Assembly: GCA_964486515.1 (NCBI GenBank)
Contig: CAZANH010000469.1
Location: 1 to 43,520 of the forward strand
Reading direction: 5' to 3'
DNA length: 43,520 bases
Origin: an uncultured Eubacteriales bacterium
GTDB lineage: Bacteria > Bacillota > Clostridia > Acetivibrionales > CAZANH01
Part shown: piece after piece, positions 17,708 to 26,923 of the stretch
Layout of the letters: every line of letters starts with the position of its first letter
Numbering within the stretch: the first letter of the stretch is position 1
Made by a program: the position numbers and the translations under genes
Notes under the pieces: model-generated
Seen by the model: only the letters and a program-made list of their open reading frames with translations
Database searches by the model: none
Told to the model about the DNA's origin: nothing

Positions 17708-19273
17708 ATGGAACAAATTGATTTATCTAAAAAAAAATTGCAGGATCTGCGTTATATAGCTAAAATGATGGGAATAAAAGGTATTACAACGCTAAGGAAA
17801 AAACAACTTATTGAAGCTATAGAACAAGCAGGTGAAGAAAGTAAAAAGACTGAATTTGAAATATCTCCCGATGAAGTGATTGAGGAAGAGAAAAAGGAGA
17901 AAAAAAGCGCAGAAAAAAACAATAAGAAAAAACAGAAAATAAAAAGAGGAAGACGTAAAAAATCCGAAAGTATTGAAGTTTCTGAAAGTATGGAAGAGTC
18001 ATCAGTAGAAACAGAGGATATTAAAGAAAAGGAAGAAAAAGTATCCAAAGAACAGGACAAACAGGAAGAAAAAGGGAAAGTCAGTTATCTTGATAAAAAA
18101 AGAGGAACATGGAACAGTTCACAAAATGGCGTTGAAAAAATAGAGAGTGAGGACCCTGTAGAAGGAGTTCTTGAAGTTCTTCCCGATGGATATGGATTTT
18201 TAAGAGGTGATAATTACCTTTCCGGGCCAAAGGATATATATGTATCTCCATCCCAAATCAGAAGATTTAATTTAAAGACAGGGGATAAAATACTGGGTAA
18301 AGGAAGAATACCAAAGGACGGAGAAAAATTTCAGGCGCTTTTGTATGTTCAGGATGTAAATGGCGATTCACCTGAAACAGCTCAGAAAAGGGTACCGTTT
18401 GAATACCTGACTCCTATATTTCCTGAGAAAAGAATTACGCTGGAAACAAATCAAAGAGAACTTTCAACAAGGCTTATAGACTTGATTGCACCTATAGGAA
18501 AAGGACAACGTGGTATGATTGTTTCACCTCCGAAAGCTGGCAAAACTATTCTTCTCAAAAAGATAGCAAACAGTATAACAAAAAATTATCCGGAAATGGA
18601 GCTTATAATACTGCTTATAGATGAAAGACCGGAAGAGGTAACTGATATGCAGCGTTCTACAAAAGCAGAAATTATATATTCAACCTTTGACAAGGTTCCG
18701 GAGCATCACATCAAGGTTGCGGAAATGGTTCTTGACAGGGCGCAGAGATTGGTTGAACATAAAAAAGATATTGTAATACTTCTTGACAGTATAACAAGGC
18801 TTGCAAGAGCATACAATATGTCTATACCTCCAACGGGTAGAACACTTTCAGGAGGGCTTGATCCGGGAGCACTTCATAGTCCTAAGAGGTTTTTTGGATC
18901 AGCAAGGAACATAGAATTTGGAGGTAGTTTAACGATTATTGCAACAGCACTCATAGAGACAGGAAGTAGAATGGATGATGTAATATATGAGGAATTTAAG
19001 GGAACGGGTAACATGGAGTTACATCTTGATAGAAAATTATCAGAAAAAAGGATATTTCCTGCAATAGACATTAATAAATCAGGTACAAGAAGAGAAGAGG
19101 TGCTTCTAAATCAAAAAGAACTTGAAAGTATCTGGGCTATAAGAAAAGCTATGAGTAATATGGGCAATGCTGAGGTAACTGAAACAATTATCAACAGGCT
19201 TATTCAAACAAAAACAAATGATGAGTTTGTAAAAAGCATCAATGTAGCTTTTGTAGAAAAAAGTATGTATTAG
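17708..19273 (+). CDS. rho: transcription termination factor Rho with an N-terminal insertion domain
   Basis: 521 aa. Has a Rho_N helix bundle ([15 protein letters not shown]...), an OB/CSD RNA-binding motif GYGFLR, Walker A PPKAGKT, and [19 protein letters not shown]-rich insert of about 110 aa spans aa 42-150. Confidence 0.95.
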   Translation: MEQIDLSKKKLQDLRYIAKMMGIKGITTLRKKQLIEAIEQAGEESKKTEFEISPDEVIEEEKKEKKSAEKNNKKKQKIKRGRRKKSESIEVSESMEESSVETEDIKEKEEKVSKEQDKQEEKGKVSYLDKKRGTWNSSQNGVEKIESEDPVEGVLEVLPDGYGFLRGDNYLSGPKDIYVSPSQIRRFNLKTGDKILGKGRIPKDGEKFQALLYVQDVNGDSPETAQKRVPFEYLTPIFPEKRITLETNQRELSTRLIDLIAPIGKGQRGMIVSPPKAGKTILLKKIANSITKNYPEMELIILLIDERPEEVTDMQRSTKAEIIYSTFDKVPEHHIKVAEMVLDRAQRLVEHKKDIVILLDSITRLARAYNMSIPPTGRTLSGGLDPGALHSPKRFFGSARNIEFGGSLTIIATALIETGSRMDDVIYEEFKGTGNMELHLDRKLSEKRIFPAIDINKSGTRREEVLLNQKELESIWAIRKAMSNMGNAEVTETIINRLIQTKTNDEFVKSINVAFVEKSMY

Positions 19274-19349
19274 TTACTTGCATGCATAAATGTTTTGTGT
19301 TAGAATAAACAGCGCGTTTGTATTACTTAACAGGAAAGCAGGTGAAAAT

Positions 19350-19556
19350 ATGAAGGAAGGGATACATCCGAAATATCAGCAGGCAGTAGTTAGATGTGCA
19401 TGTGGAGAGACTTTTACAACTGGTTCTACAAAAAAAGAACTTCGTGTGGAGATATGCTCAAAGTGTCATCCGTTTTTTACCGGAAAACAGAAATATGTTG
19501 ATACCGGCGGCCGTGTTGAAAAATTCAAGAAGAAATATGGTATCAAGGATGAATGA
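19350..19556 (+). CDS. rpmE: 50S ribosomal protein L31
   Basis: MKEGIHPKY...[10 protein letters not shown]. Start set at the ATG at 19350 after the SD AGGTGA; the ORF-track start at 19290 has no SD. Confidence 0.9.
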   Translation: MKEGIHPKYQQAVVRCACGETFTTGSTKKELRVEICSKCHPFFTGKQKYVDTGGRVEKFKKKYGIKDE

Positions 19557-19815
19557 AAATTAAGGTTTTATTAGATATATGTTCCAATTATTTTAAAGAA
19601 GATAAAACTAAAGCTGAATATAAGGTTGATTCTTAATACATTGCCTGTGAGATAATTCTCATGGCTAGTATTAATGAAGGAATGCTATAATTTTCAAATT
19701 TATTGGTTGCTTTCGGCAATAATAGAGTAATATTTGTTAATAAGTTATATTTAGATAAGAAATTTTTCTGGGAGAGACTTCCATAAAGTTAAAAAAAATT
19801 AGCGAGGTGTATATC

Positions 19816-20871
19816 GTGAAAAAATACAATATAGGTATAATAGGCGGAGATGGAACAGGGCCTGAAGTTTCAGCCGAATCCGTTAAGGTATTGAAGGCAG
19901 CTAGTAAAAAGTTTGGGTTTGCAATTGAAATGGAAGAATTTGATTTTGGAGGGGAAAGATACTTAAAAACCGGTGTTGTACTGGATGATAATGATATTTC
20001 CAAAATAAAATCAAAAGATGCAATACTTCTTGGAGCAATAGGACATCCGGATGTAAAGCCGGGTATACTTGAAAAAGGCATACTGTTAAATCTTCGTTTT
20101 AAATTGGATCAATACATAAATTTAAGGCCTGTTATTCTTTATGAAGGCGTAGATACACCTCTTAAAAATAAGGGAGCTGAAGATATTGACTTTGTGGTTA
20201 TAAGAGAAAATACTGAAGGATTATATACAGGTTCGGGAGGTTTTTTGAAAGAAGGTACTTCGGAGGAAATTGCAATCCAGGAATCAATAAATACCAGAAG
20301 AGGTGTAGAAAGATGTATAAGATTTGCATTCGAATATACAAGGAAAAGAAACAAGAGAAAAAAACTTACACTTTGCGGCAAGACAAATGTACTTACGTAT
20401 GCATTTAGTTTATGGGAAAGAACTTTTTATGATGTTGCTAAAGAATATCCTGATATTGAAACAGATTATGCACATGTCGATGCCACGTGCATGTGGATGG
20501 TTAAAAATCCAGAGTTTTTTGACGTAATAGTAACAGATAACATGTTTGGTGATATTATTACAGACCTTGGTGCTGTTATACAGGGAGGTATGGGAATTGC
20601 AGCAGGAGGCAATATTAATCCGGAAGGTGTATCAATGTTTGAACCAATAGGTGGTTCTGCACCTAAGTATACGGGTAAAAATGTTATTAATCCGCTTGCA
20701 GCTATAGCGGCAGGGCAAATGTTGCTAGAACAGATAGGAGAAGAAAAAGCAGCAAATGCAATAGAGAATGCAATAATGAAGGCAGTTAAAAATGATATAA
20801 GAAATCTTGGAGCGGGTAAAATGGGGATGGGAACAAAAGAAGTTGGAGATCTTATAGTAAGTTATATTTAA
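19816..20871 (+). CDS. isocitrate/isopropylmalate dehydrogenase-family enzyme, tartrate / D-malate dehydrogenase (decarboxylating)-like
   Basis: Has [26 protein letters not shown] and [12 protein letters not shown]...FEPIGGSAP. It looks closer to TtuC/DmlA-type sequences than to LeuB (GSLGMLPSAS) as I recall them. Start set at the GTG at 19816 after GAGGTG. Confidence 0.7.
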   Translation: MKKYNIGIIGGDGTGPEVSAESVKVLKAASKKFGFAIEMEEFDFGGERYLKTGVVLDDNDISKIKSKDAILLGAIGHPDVKPGILEKGILLNLRFKLDQYINLRPVILYEGVDTPLKNKGAEDIDFVVIRENTEGLYTGSGGFLKEGTSEEIAIQESINTRRGVERCIRFAFEYTRKRNKRKKLTLCGKTNVLTYAFSLWERTFYDVAKEYPDIETDYAHVDATCMWMVKNPEFFDVIVTDNMFGDIITDLGAVIQGGMGIAAGGNINPEGVSMFEPIGGSAPKYTGKNVINPLAAIAAGQMLLEQIGEEKAANAIENAIMKAVKNDIRNLGAGKMGMGTKEVGDLIVSYI

Positions 20872-20969
20872 CAGCTTTATAATTAGTGTTACAGCTAGTA
20901 TTAATCTGCAATTTATTTTTCAGGAGAAACTAAAATATTCAGAGAAGCTAATTAAAGGGGTGTTATTAT

Positions 20970-21428
20970 ATGAAAATTAATGGCCTGTTTGATGAAGAGA
21001 ATGAGGACATGATAACATTTAGTTCTTCTGAAATGATTGAAAGGGAAATAAGTGCGGCAGGTAGAGGACAATACAATCTGGCAGTTATAAAGATATCAAT
21101 ATTCCCGATAGGAATGGGAAAAGATATAAGAATTGGCTCAAAGCAAAAAGAAGAAATTGGAAGTATTATGAAATTCATTATACGTTCAAGATTCAGGACT
21201 ACGGATACATGTTTTTCAATAGAGAGAGGAATACTTTTAGTATTACTGCCTTTTACAAATAAAGAGGGGGCAGAAAAAGCGGAAGAGAAATTAATAAACC
21301 TGTTTAAAAGCCATTCAATGACTAAACACTTTAACGGGAAATATGATATTGTGGTAAATAGCGTACAATACCCTGATGATGGGAAAAACCGACAAATACT
21401 TCTCGAAAAACTTTTTACTCCTTTATAA
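20970..21428 (+). CDS. stand-alone degenerate GGDEF-like domain protein
   Basis: 152 aa. RTTDTCFSIERGILLVLLPFTNKEGAEKAEEKL aligns to the RxxD-x5-GGDEF-aillP..t..eA segment of diguanylate cyclases. ERGIL replaces GGDEF. The C-terminal YPDDGKNRQILLEKL resembles the end of the domain. SD AAAGGGGTG. Confidence 0.6.
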   Translation: MKINGLFDEENEDMITFSSSEMIEREISAAGRGQYNLAVIKISIFPIGMGKDIRIGSKQKEEIGSIMKFIIRSRFRTTDTCFSIERGILLVLLPFTNKEGAEKAEEKLINLFKSHSMTKHFNGKYDIVVNSVQYPDDGKNRQILLEKLFTPL

Positions 21429-21498
21429 ATGCAGTAGTATAAATCAATGTAATGAATAATTGCCGTAATATAAGAAATAATATACTACGGGTGATTTT

Positions 21499-21777
21499 AT
21501 GGAAGATATAAATAATTTGGAAGAAACACAACACGAAGAAAGTGTATCAAGAAGCAGATTATTCCTTATAATAGGCTGGATTGCAGCAATAATATCGCTG
21601 TTTGCATATCCTTTTATTTTTGGTATATTAGGAGTTACAATGGGGATTCTTACGACTAAAAGAGGAAATAGATCCGGACTGTATCTGATAATATTCAGTA
21701 TTGTGCTTATGGGTATAGGCCTTATATTCAGTGGAGTAATTATGAATTATACAAGACATTTTCTTGGAATAGGATAA
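21499..21777 (+). CDS. small integral membrane protein (2 predicted TM helices)
   Basis: 92 aa. Has two long hydrophobic stretches after an acidic N-terminus. SD-like GGGTGA. Confidence 0.5.
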   Translation: MEDINNLEETQHEESVSRSRLFLIIGWIAAIISLFAYPFIFGILGVTMGILTTKRGNRSGLYLIIFSIVLMGIGLIFSGVIMNYTRHFLGIG

Positions 21778-21944
21778 ATAAAATAGAGTAAGATAAACAA
21801 TAAGTTTACACGATAAACTCAACAGCTTTTCAACAAGCTGGTAAATATCGATAAAAGGTAAACATTACTTGATGTATATGGCAAGTAGAAATCTAGGAGT
21901 TTTGGACAGAAATATGATGTGCGGGACTTTTGTCCAAGGCTTCT

Positions 21945-22316
21945 CTAGGGTTGATTAGGCTCTGATACATCCTGTTTTGCTCCGCATTTGGGACAGAATA
22001 CAACGGATTTATCTATTTCTGCTCCGCAATTTGTACAGATTTTAATACTTTTAATTTCCATTATTTTATTTTTCAAATCAAGGATTGTATTTTCGTGTTC
22101 CTTAATTTTGGTGCAATCATCAACAAACAACTCATCAACCTTTTCATTATTGCAATAATTGTCATATACCTTTTTACCAATGTCTTTATATATTGTTTGT
22201 ATTTTTCCCTCTTCATTCGTTATATTCATATTAAGTTTTGTTATTTCGACAAGGTCCCCTGATTTTTTTACTGCTTCCCCTGCTTTTTTACTGATGTTTT
22301 CAAAAAAACCTGGCAT
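21945..22316 (-). CDS. zinc-ribbon domain protein
   Basis: 123 aa. Has a C-terminal CTNCG...x10...CPKCG zinc ribbon after a coiled-coil-like N-terminal region. SD AAGGAGG. Confidence 0.6.
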   Translation of the reverse strand: MPGFFENISKKAGEAVKKSGDLVEITKLNMNITNEEGKIQTIYKDIGKKVYDNYCNNEKVDELFVDDCTKIKEHENTILDLKNKIMEIKSIKICTNCGAEIDKSVVFCPKCGAKQDVSEPNQP

Positions 22317-22346
22317 GTAATAAACCTCCTTATTTATTAAATAATA

Positions 22347-22751
22347 TTATTTAGAGTTATTATCAATATTGCTTTGCTTTAGCACAAGATAACCTAAACC
22401 TGCAAAAATTATTCCGGTAACCAATGAACTAAGGCTTGAAATTCTATATCCTTTAAAAATGGCATTAAAAAGATATATTATAAATGAAAGCAGATTCATT
22501 GCGCCATATGCTAAAAGCCCTATATAAAGGAATTGCTGATGGAAATTAGCATATGCCAATAGTAATCCAAGTATAAATCCCCAATAGATAAATGTAGTAA
22601 ATATACCTAAATTAAATATAAAATTACCAAGAATCAATAATATAACACATCCTATAACAAGGACTACATCAAGAGGTAACAAGACTTTAAATATACGATG
22701 GTTACTGAAGAATGATTTTAACTCATTACTTATGTTAACATACGCGTTCAA
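22347..22751 (-). CDS. membrane protein (about 4 TM helices), unknown function
   Basis: 134 aa, strongly hydrophobic. SD GGGGGAG. Sits downstream of nothing recognisable and upstream of the zinc-ribbon gene on the same strand. Confidence 0.5.
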   Translation of the reverse strand: MNAYVNISNELKSFFSNHRIFKVLLPLDVVLVIGCVILLILGNFIFNLGIFTTFIYWGFILGLLLAYANFHQQFLYIGLLAYGAMNLLSFIIYLFNAIFKGYRISSLSSLVTGIIFAGLGYLVLKQSNIDNNSK

Positions 22752-22853
22752 TAATAACTCCCCCTTATAAAATTTATTAAATTCCTAATATAATTATATG
22801 TTAAAATTTAAAAATATACAATAGCCAAAAAGAATTCAATCAAATTTTTGTCT

Positions 22854-22897
22854 TTACATTTTAATCAATATATTGTATACTTTAGAATATATGTTCG
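22854..22897 (+). promoter_or_regulatory. putative mrfA promoter with an overlapping LexA (Cheo/SOS-box)-like site
   Basis: TTACAT (22854-22859), 16-nt spacer, TATACT (22876-22881). It is followed by AGAATATATGTTCG (22884-22897), compared with the Gram-positive SOS-box consensus CGAAC-N4-GTTCG (2 mismatches). Confidence 0.35.
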
Positions 22898-22913
22898 AAC
22901 AGGAGAGATATAT

Positions 22914-25226
22914 TTGAATCTTGAGCAGGTTTTGGAAAGATTTAAAAATAAGGAAGATATAAACAGCAACATAACAGAATGGGTTGAAATTCCTGAAAAA
23001 CCGGGGTCATACAAGGATTTCCCTGATTGGATTGATTACCGTATAAGAGATGTTATGGAACAGAGGGGAATAAGAAGATTGTATTCTCATCAGGCTGATG
23101 CAATTGAAGAAATACATAAAGGTAAGAATGTTGTTGTTGTTACACCTACAGCATCAGGAAAAACATTGTGTTATAATGTCCCGGTACTTGATGCGATACT
23201 TAAAAACAATGAATCAAGAGCATTATTCCTTTTCCCTACAAAAGCTTTATCACAGGATCAATTGAATGAGCTTTACGGGTTGATTAAAGATACGGGTACA
23301 AATATAAAAACCTTCACATATGATGGCGATACACCAAGGTCTGCAAGAAAAACCATAAGACAAGCAGGGCACATAGTTGTTACAAATCCGGATATGCTTC
23401 ATGGAGGTATACTACCAAATCATACAAAATGGACAGGACTGTTTGAGAATTTAAATTATGTGGTTATAGATGAAATACATCATTACAGGGGAGTTTTTGG
23501 AAGCCATGTTGCAAATGTAATAAGAAGGCTTAAAAGAATATGTAATTTTTACGGAGCAAATCCACAGTTTATATGCTGCTCTGCTACAATAGCAAATCCG
23601 CTTGAGCTTACGGAAAAAATAACAGGCTCAAAAGCAGTTCTGGTAGATAATAACGGTGCACCGGCAGGAGGAAAACATATAATTTTTTATAATCCCCCTG
23701 TAATAAACAGCGAACTTGGAATAAGAAAAAGCAGTATAATGGAAGCAAGAAAGTTCTCTGTTGAATTTATTGCAAATAAAATAAGAACTATAATTTTTAC
23801 AAGAAGCAGATTAAATACCGAGATATTGGTTACATATTTAAAAGATACAATTAAAAGAAAGGGAAATGCAAATAAATGCATAAGAGGGTACAGGGGCGGA
23901 TATCTTCCGGAGCTTCGCAGAGAAATAGAAAAAGGGCTTAAGGAAGGTACAATAACCGGCGTTGTAAGTACAAACGCACTTGAACTGGGGATAGACATAG
24001 GCAGCCTTGAGGCATGTATAATATGTGGATATCCGGGTACAATTGCGAGTACATGGCAGCAGGCAGGCAGAGCGGGAAGGCGGTCAAATGTATCTGTAGC
24101 ATTATTTATAGCAAGCAGCAGTCCCCTGGATCAATTTATAGTAACAAATCCTGAGTATTTCTTTGGCAATACTCCTGAAAATGGCCTTATTAATCCGGAT
24201 AATTTTGATATTTTATATAATCATGTTAAATGTGCCGCGTTTGAACTCCCATTTGATGAAGGTGAGATTTTTGGTGTCGATACAACCGCTGAGATATTAT
24301 CGTATATGGAAGAAGTACGGCTTGTAAGGCATGTTGGAAAACGATGGCACTGGATGTCTGAAATATTTCCCGCAAGTGAAATAAATCTCAGAACTGCATC
24401 AAATGAAAATTTTGTAATTATTGACATATCAGAACCTTCACATAAATCCATAGGGGAGATAGACCGTTTCAGTGCACCAATGATTATTCATGAGGAAGCC
24501 ATATATATGCATGAGGGACAGCAGTACCAAATTGAAAAACTTGATTTTAAAAACAAAAAAGCTTATGCAAGAAAGGTTAGTGTAGATTATTATACGGATG
24601 CAAAACTTTCAGTTGAACTTAAAGTACTTGACGTTTTTAGAAACAAGGAGCAAGGTGTTATACAAAAAAGTTTTGGAGAGGTAAGAGTATCTTGTATTGT
24701 TACCATGTTCAAAAAAATAAAACTATATACTCATGAGAACATTGGCTCAGGTCCGGTAAATCTACCGGAACTTAATATGCATACAACTTCGTATTGGGTA
24801 AGCTTTTCAAAGGGAATAACAAGTGATATGTCTGAAAGGGATGTAAAAAATGCTTTGACAGGGCTGTCGAACATATTGGCAAACGCAGCTCCTGTATTCC
24901 TTATGTGTGATCCCAGAGACATAAAAGTTGTATACGAGGTAAGGTCATCGTTTAGTAAGAGGCCTGCCATATATATTTATGACAGTTATCCGGGCGGGGT
25001 TGGTTTTGGAAATAAGCTTTTTGAACTTCATGAAGAATTATTTTTACTTGCTTACAGAATGATTAAAAATTGCAGCTGTGAATATGGATGTCCATCATGT
25101 GTGGGGCCTTTAAATGAATTTTCGGATGAGATAAATCCGAAAGAACTTACTTTAATTTTACTGGAACGTATTATTGATACGAAAAAAAACAAGAAAAAAA
25201 AGCACCGTAAATTAAGGAAGAGATGA
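22914..25226 (+). CDS. mrfA: DEAD/DEAH-box helicase with C-terminal DUF1998 zinc module (MrfA/YprA family)
   Basis: Has Walker A TPTASGKT, DEIH box (VIDEIHHYRG), SAT and QQAGRAGRR. The C-terminal motif is CSCEYGCPSCVGP. Start set at the TTG at 22914 after AGGAGA; the ORF track gives 22848. Confidence 0.85.
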   Translation: MNLEQVLERFKNKEDINSNITEWVEIPEKPGSYKDFPDWIDYRIRDVMEQRGIRRLYSHQADAIEEIHKGKNVVVVTPTASGKTLCYNVPVLDAILKNNESRALFLFPTKALSQDQLNELYGLIKDTGTNIKTFTYDGDTPRSARKTIRQAGHIVVTNPDMLHGGILPNHTKWTGLFENLNYVVIDEIHHYRGVFGSHVANVIRRLKRICNFYGANPQFICCSATIANPLELTEKITGSKAVLVDNNGAPAGGKHIIFYNPPVINSELGIRKSSIMEARKFSVEFIANKIRTIIFTRSRLNTEILVTYLKDTIKRKGNANKCIRGYRGGYLPELRREIEKGLKEGTITGVVSTNALELGIDIGSLEACIICGYPGTIASTWQQAGRAGRRSNVSVALFIASSSPLDQFIVTNPEYFFGNTPENGLINPDNFDILYNHVKCAAFELPFDEGEIFGVDTTAEILSYMEEVRLVRHVGKRWHWMSEIFPASEINLRTASNENFVIIDISEPSHKSIGEIDRFSAPMIIHEEAIYMHEGQQYQIEKLDFKNKKAYARKVSVDYYTDAKLSVELKVLDVFRNKEQGVIQKSFGEVRVSCIVTMFKKIKLYTHENIGSGPVNLPELNMHTTSYWVSFSKGITSDMSERDVKNALTGLSNILANAAPVFLMCDPRDIKVVYEVRSSFSKRPAIYIYDSYPGGVGFGNKLFELHEELFLLAYRMIKNCSCEYGCPSCVGPLNEFSDEINPKELTLILLERIIDTKKNKKKKHRKLRKR

Positions 25227-25227
25227 A

Positions 25228-26352
25228 ATGTATTCGGAACTGGGAAACATAAGTAAAAATAAAAACGGAACTTTTATTACTGTTAAAAAAAGATATCCAC
25301 TGTCATATATTCATGGTGGAATATCCCTTGGAAAACTTCTTGAAACAAGCAGGGACAACATTTCCCTATTAATGGCAAAGGATAATGATTATTCAGATAT
25401 TTCGAATGCATTATTTATTGATACTGAGACTACGGGACTTTCAGGTGGAGCCGGTACGGTAGCATTTCTGATAGGAACAGGATTTTTTGATAATGATATG
25501 TTTGTTGTAAAACAGTTTTTTATGAGGGACTATGATGAGGAAAATGCACTGCTTACTGCTTTTAACGAATTACTGTCAGGCTATAGTATGATTGTAACAT
25601 TTAATGGGAAAGCATTTGACTGGAATCTTATTTTGTCAAGGTTTATTTTTAACAGAATAAAACCTTCAATAAATGAACCTGTAAATATTGATCTTTTGTA
25701 TCCTGCAAGAAGAATATGGAAGAATAAACTGGAAAACTGCAGGCTTATAAATTTGGAAGAAAAAATTCTTGGTGAATTCAGAGATGATGATATCCCGGGA
25801 GAATTGATACCATCAATGTATTTTAACTATATTGAAAACAGGGACACTGTGGAAATTAAAAAAATATTTCATCATAACAGGCTTGATATACTATCCATGG
25901 TAAGTTTATTAAAAAAGCTGTGCAGTATGATTGAAAGACCTTTTGAAAAAACTGATGGTAATCATGAACTGTTGGGGGCAGGCAGGATTTTTGAATTTAA
26001 TGAAGAATATGATATTAGTATAGAATGCCTTGAAAAATGTTTGCATTCAAAGAACGGATATATAAGACAAACAGCAACAAGAAGGCTGTCATATATGTAT
26101 AAGAAAAAACAGGATTATCAAAAGGCTGTGAAACACTGGAAAGGTATGATATCTCAAAACAGAAATTTATCAATGTTTCCCGTAATTGAACTTGCAAAAT
26201 ACTATGAGCACAAGGAGAAGAATCCGGGAAAAGCGCTTGATATTGTGAAAGGTGCAGTAAGAACAGGATTGTTAATGGAAAATAGAAATAAAACATATTT
26301 TTATGATATAAAAAAAAGGATTGCAAGACTTGAAAAAAAACTACGGGGGTAA
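25228..26352 (+). CDS. mrfB: RNase H-fold DEDDh 3'-5' exonuclease with C-terminal TPR-like region (MrfB/YprB family)
   Basis: Has the Exo I motif LFIDTETTGL, the FNGKAFDW motif, and the H-x4-D motif HHNRLDILS. The helical C-terminus is repeat-rich. It begins 1 nt after the mrfA stop. Confidence 0.8.
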   Translation: MYSELGNISKNKNGTFITVKKRYPLSYIHGGISLGKLLETSRDNISLLMAKDNDYSDISNALFIDTETTGLSGGAGTVAFLIGTGFFDNDMFVVKQFFMRDYDEENALLTAFNELLSGYSMIVTFNGKAFDWNLILSRFIFNRIKPSINEPVNIDLLYPARRIWKNKLENCRLINLEEKILGEFRDDDIPGELIPSMYFNYIENRDTVEIKKIFHHNRLDILSMVSLLKKLCSMIERPFEKTDGNHELLGAGRIFEFNEEYDISIECLEKCLHSKNGYIRQTATRRLSYMYKKKQDYQKAVKHWKGMISQNRNLSMFPVIELAKYYEHKEKNPGKALDIVKGAVRTGLLMENRNKTYFYDIKKRIARLEKKLRG

Positions 26353-26357
26353 AATTA

Positions 26358-26864
26358 ATGAATGATTTTGTAAACGAAAATGTAAACGGTTTAAATGGTA
26401 AAAAGCCTTCAGAATCGGTCGTTGAAATGACGGAGCTTGTTCTTCCGAATGATACGAACCTGCTTGGGAATTTACTTGGGGGAAGGCTTATGCAATGGAT
26501 TGATATTGCAGGAGCGATGTCAGCTTCAAGACATTCAAACAGTATTGTAGCTACTGTAGCATTGGACAGTCTTGATTTCAGGCATCCTATTCATGTGGGA
26601 GAAATGGTAAGGCTTTCTTCAAAGGTAACATGGACAGGAAATACTTCAATGGAAGTAACTATAAAAGTTTATAGAGAAGACTACAGAAATAATATTGTGA
26701 ATATGACAAGCAGAGCATTTATAGCTTTTGTGGCACTTGATAATGAAGGGAATCCCAAACCGGTACCAGCTCTTTTTCCAGAAACGGAAGAAGAAAAGAA
26801 GGATTACATAGATGCTGAATTGAGAAGGAATGAAAGACTTAAAAAGAAAAACAAAAATTCATAA
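26358..26864 (+). CDS. acyl-CoA thioesterase (hotdog fold, YciA/BFIT-like)
   Basis: 168 aa. Has VLPNDTNLLGNLLGGRLMQWIDIAG, typical of this thioesterase family. Confidence 0.75.
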   Translation: MNDFVNENVNGLNGKKPSESVVEMTELVLPNDTNLLGNLLGGRLMQWIDIAGAMSASRHSNSIVATVALDSLDFRHPIHVGEMVRLSSKVTWTGNTSMEVTIKVYREDYRNNIVNMTSRAFIAFVALDNEGNPKPVPALFPETEEEKKDYIDAELRRNERLKKKNKNS

Positions 26865-26923
26865 GAAGGTTTTTATTGTAATATTAATAGTCATATAAAG
26901 TTTGAATGCTATTGGGAGTTTAT

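Noticed and set aside
19557-19815. Possible T-box or riboswitch in the 260-nt region upstream of the dehydrogenase-family gene.
   Set aside because: No T-box sequence (AGAGA/GNUGGNA/conserved terminator-antiterminator), no specifier-loop context, and no other riboswitch core motif could be recognised. Only short AT-rich hairpins are present.
19664-20905. A 12-nt direct repeat, GCTAGTATTAAT (19664-19675 and 20894-20905), flanks the tartrate-dehydrogenase-like gene. I considered it as possible att-like or target-duplication evidence for insertion of the gene.
   Set aside because: In a 43.5-kb AT-rich window, dozens of 12-mer coincidences are expected by chance. No inverted repeats, recombinase or further similarity surround the two copies.
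22848-22913. N-terminal extensions offered by the ORF track at 5825, 10540, 11438, 19290, 19807, 22848, 26906, 28667, 33815, 37708, 38050 and 43168.
   Set aside because: In each case a downstream in-frame ATG/GTG/TTG is preceded at 5-9 nt by a GGAGG-like SD, and the protein then begins where homologous families begin. The extensions have no SD and encode non-conserved residues.
22914-26352. DUF1998 helicase plus nuclease as a phage-defence system (DISARM/Druantia-like).
   Set aside because: The pair matches the conserved housekeeping YprA/YprB (MrfAB) architecture. It lacks the methyltransferase, PLD or other accessory genes of those systems, and it sits among core genes.
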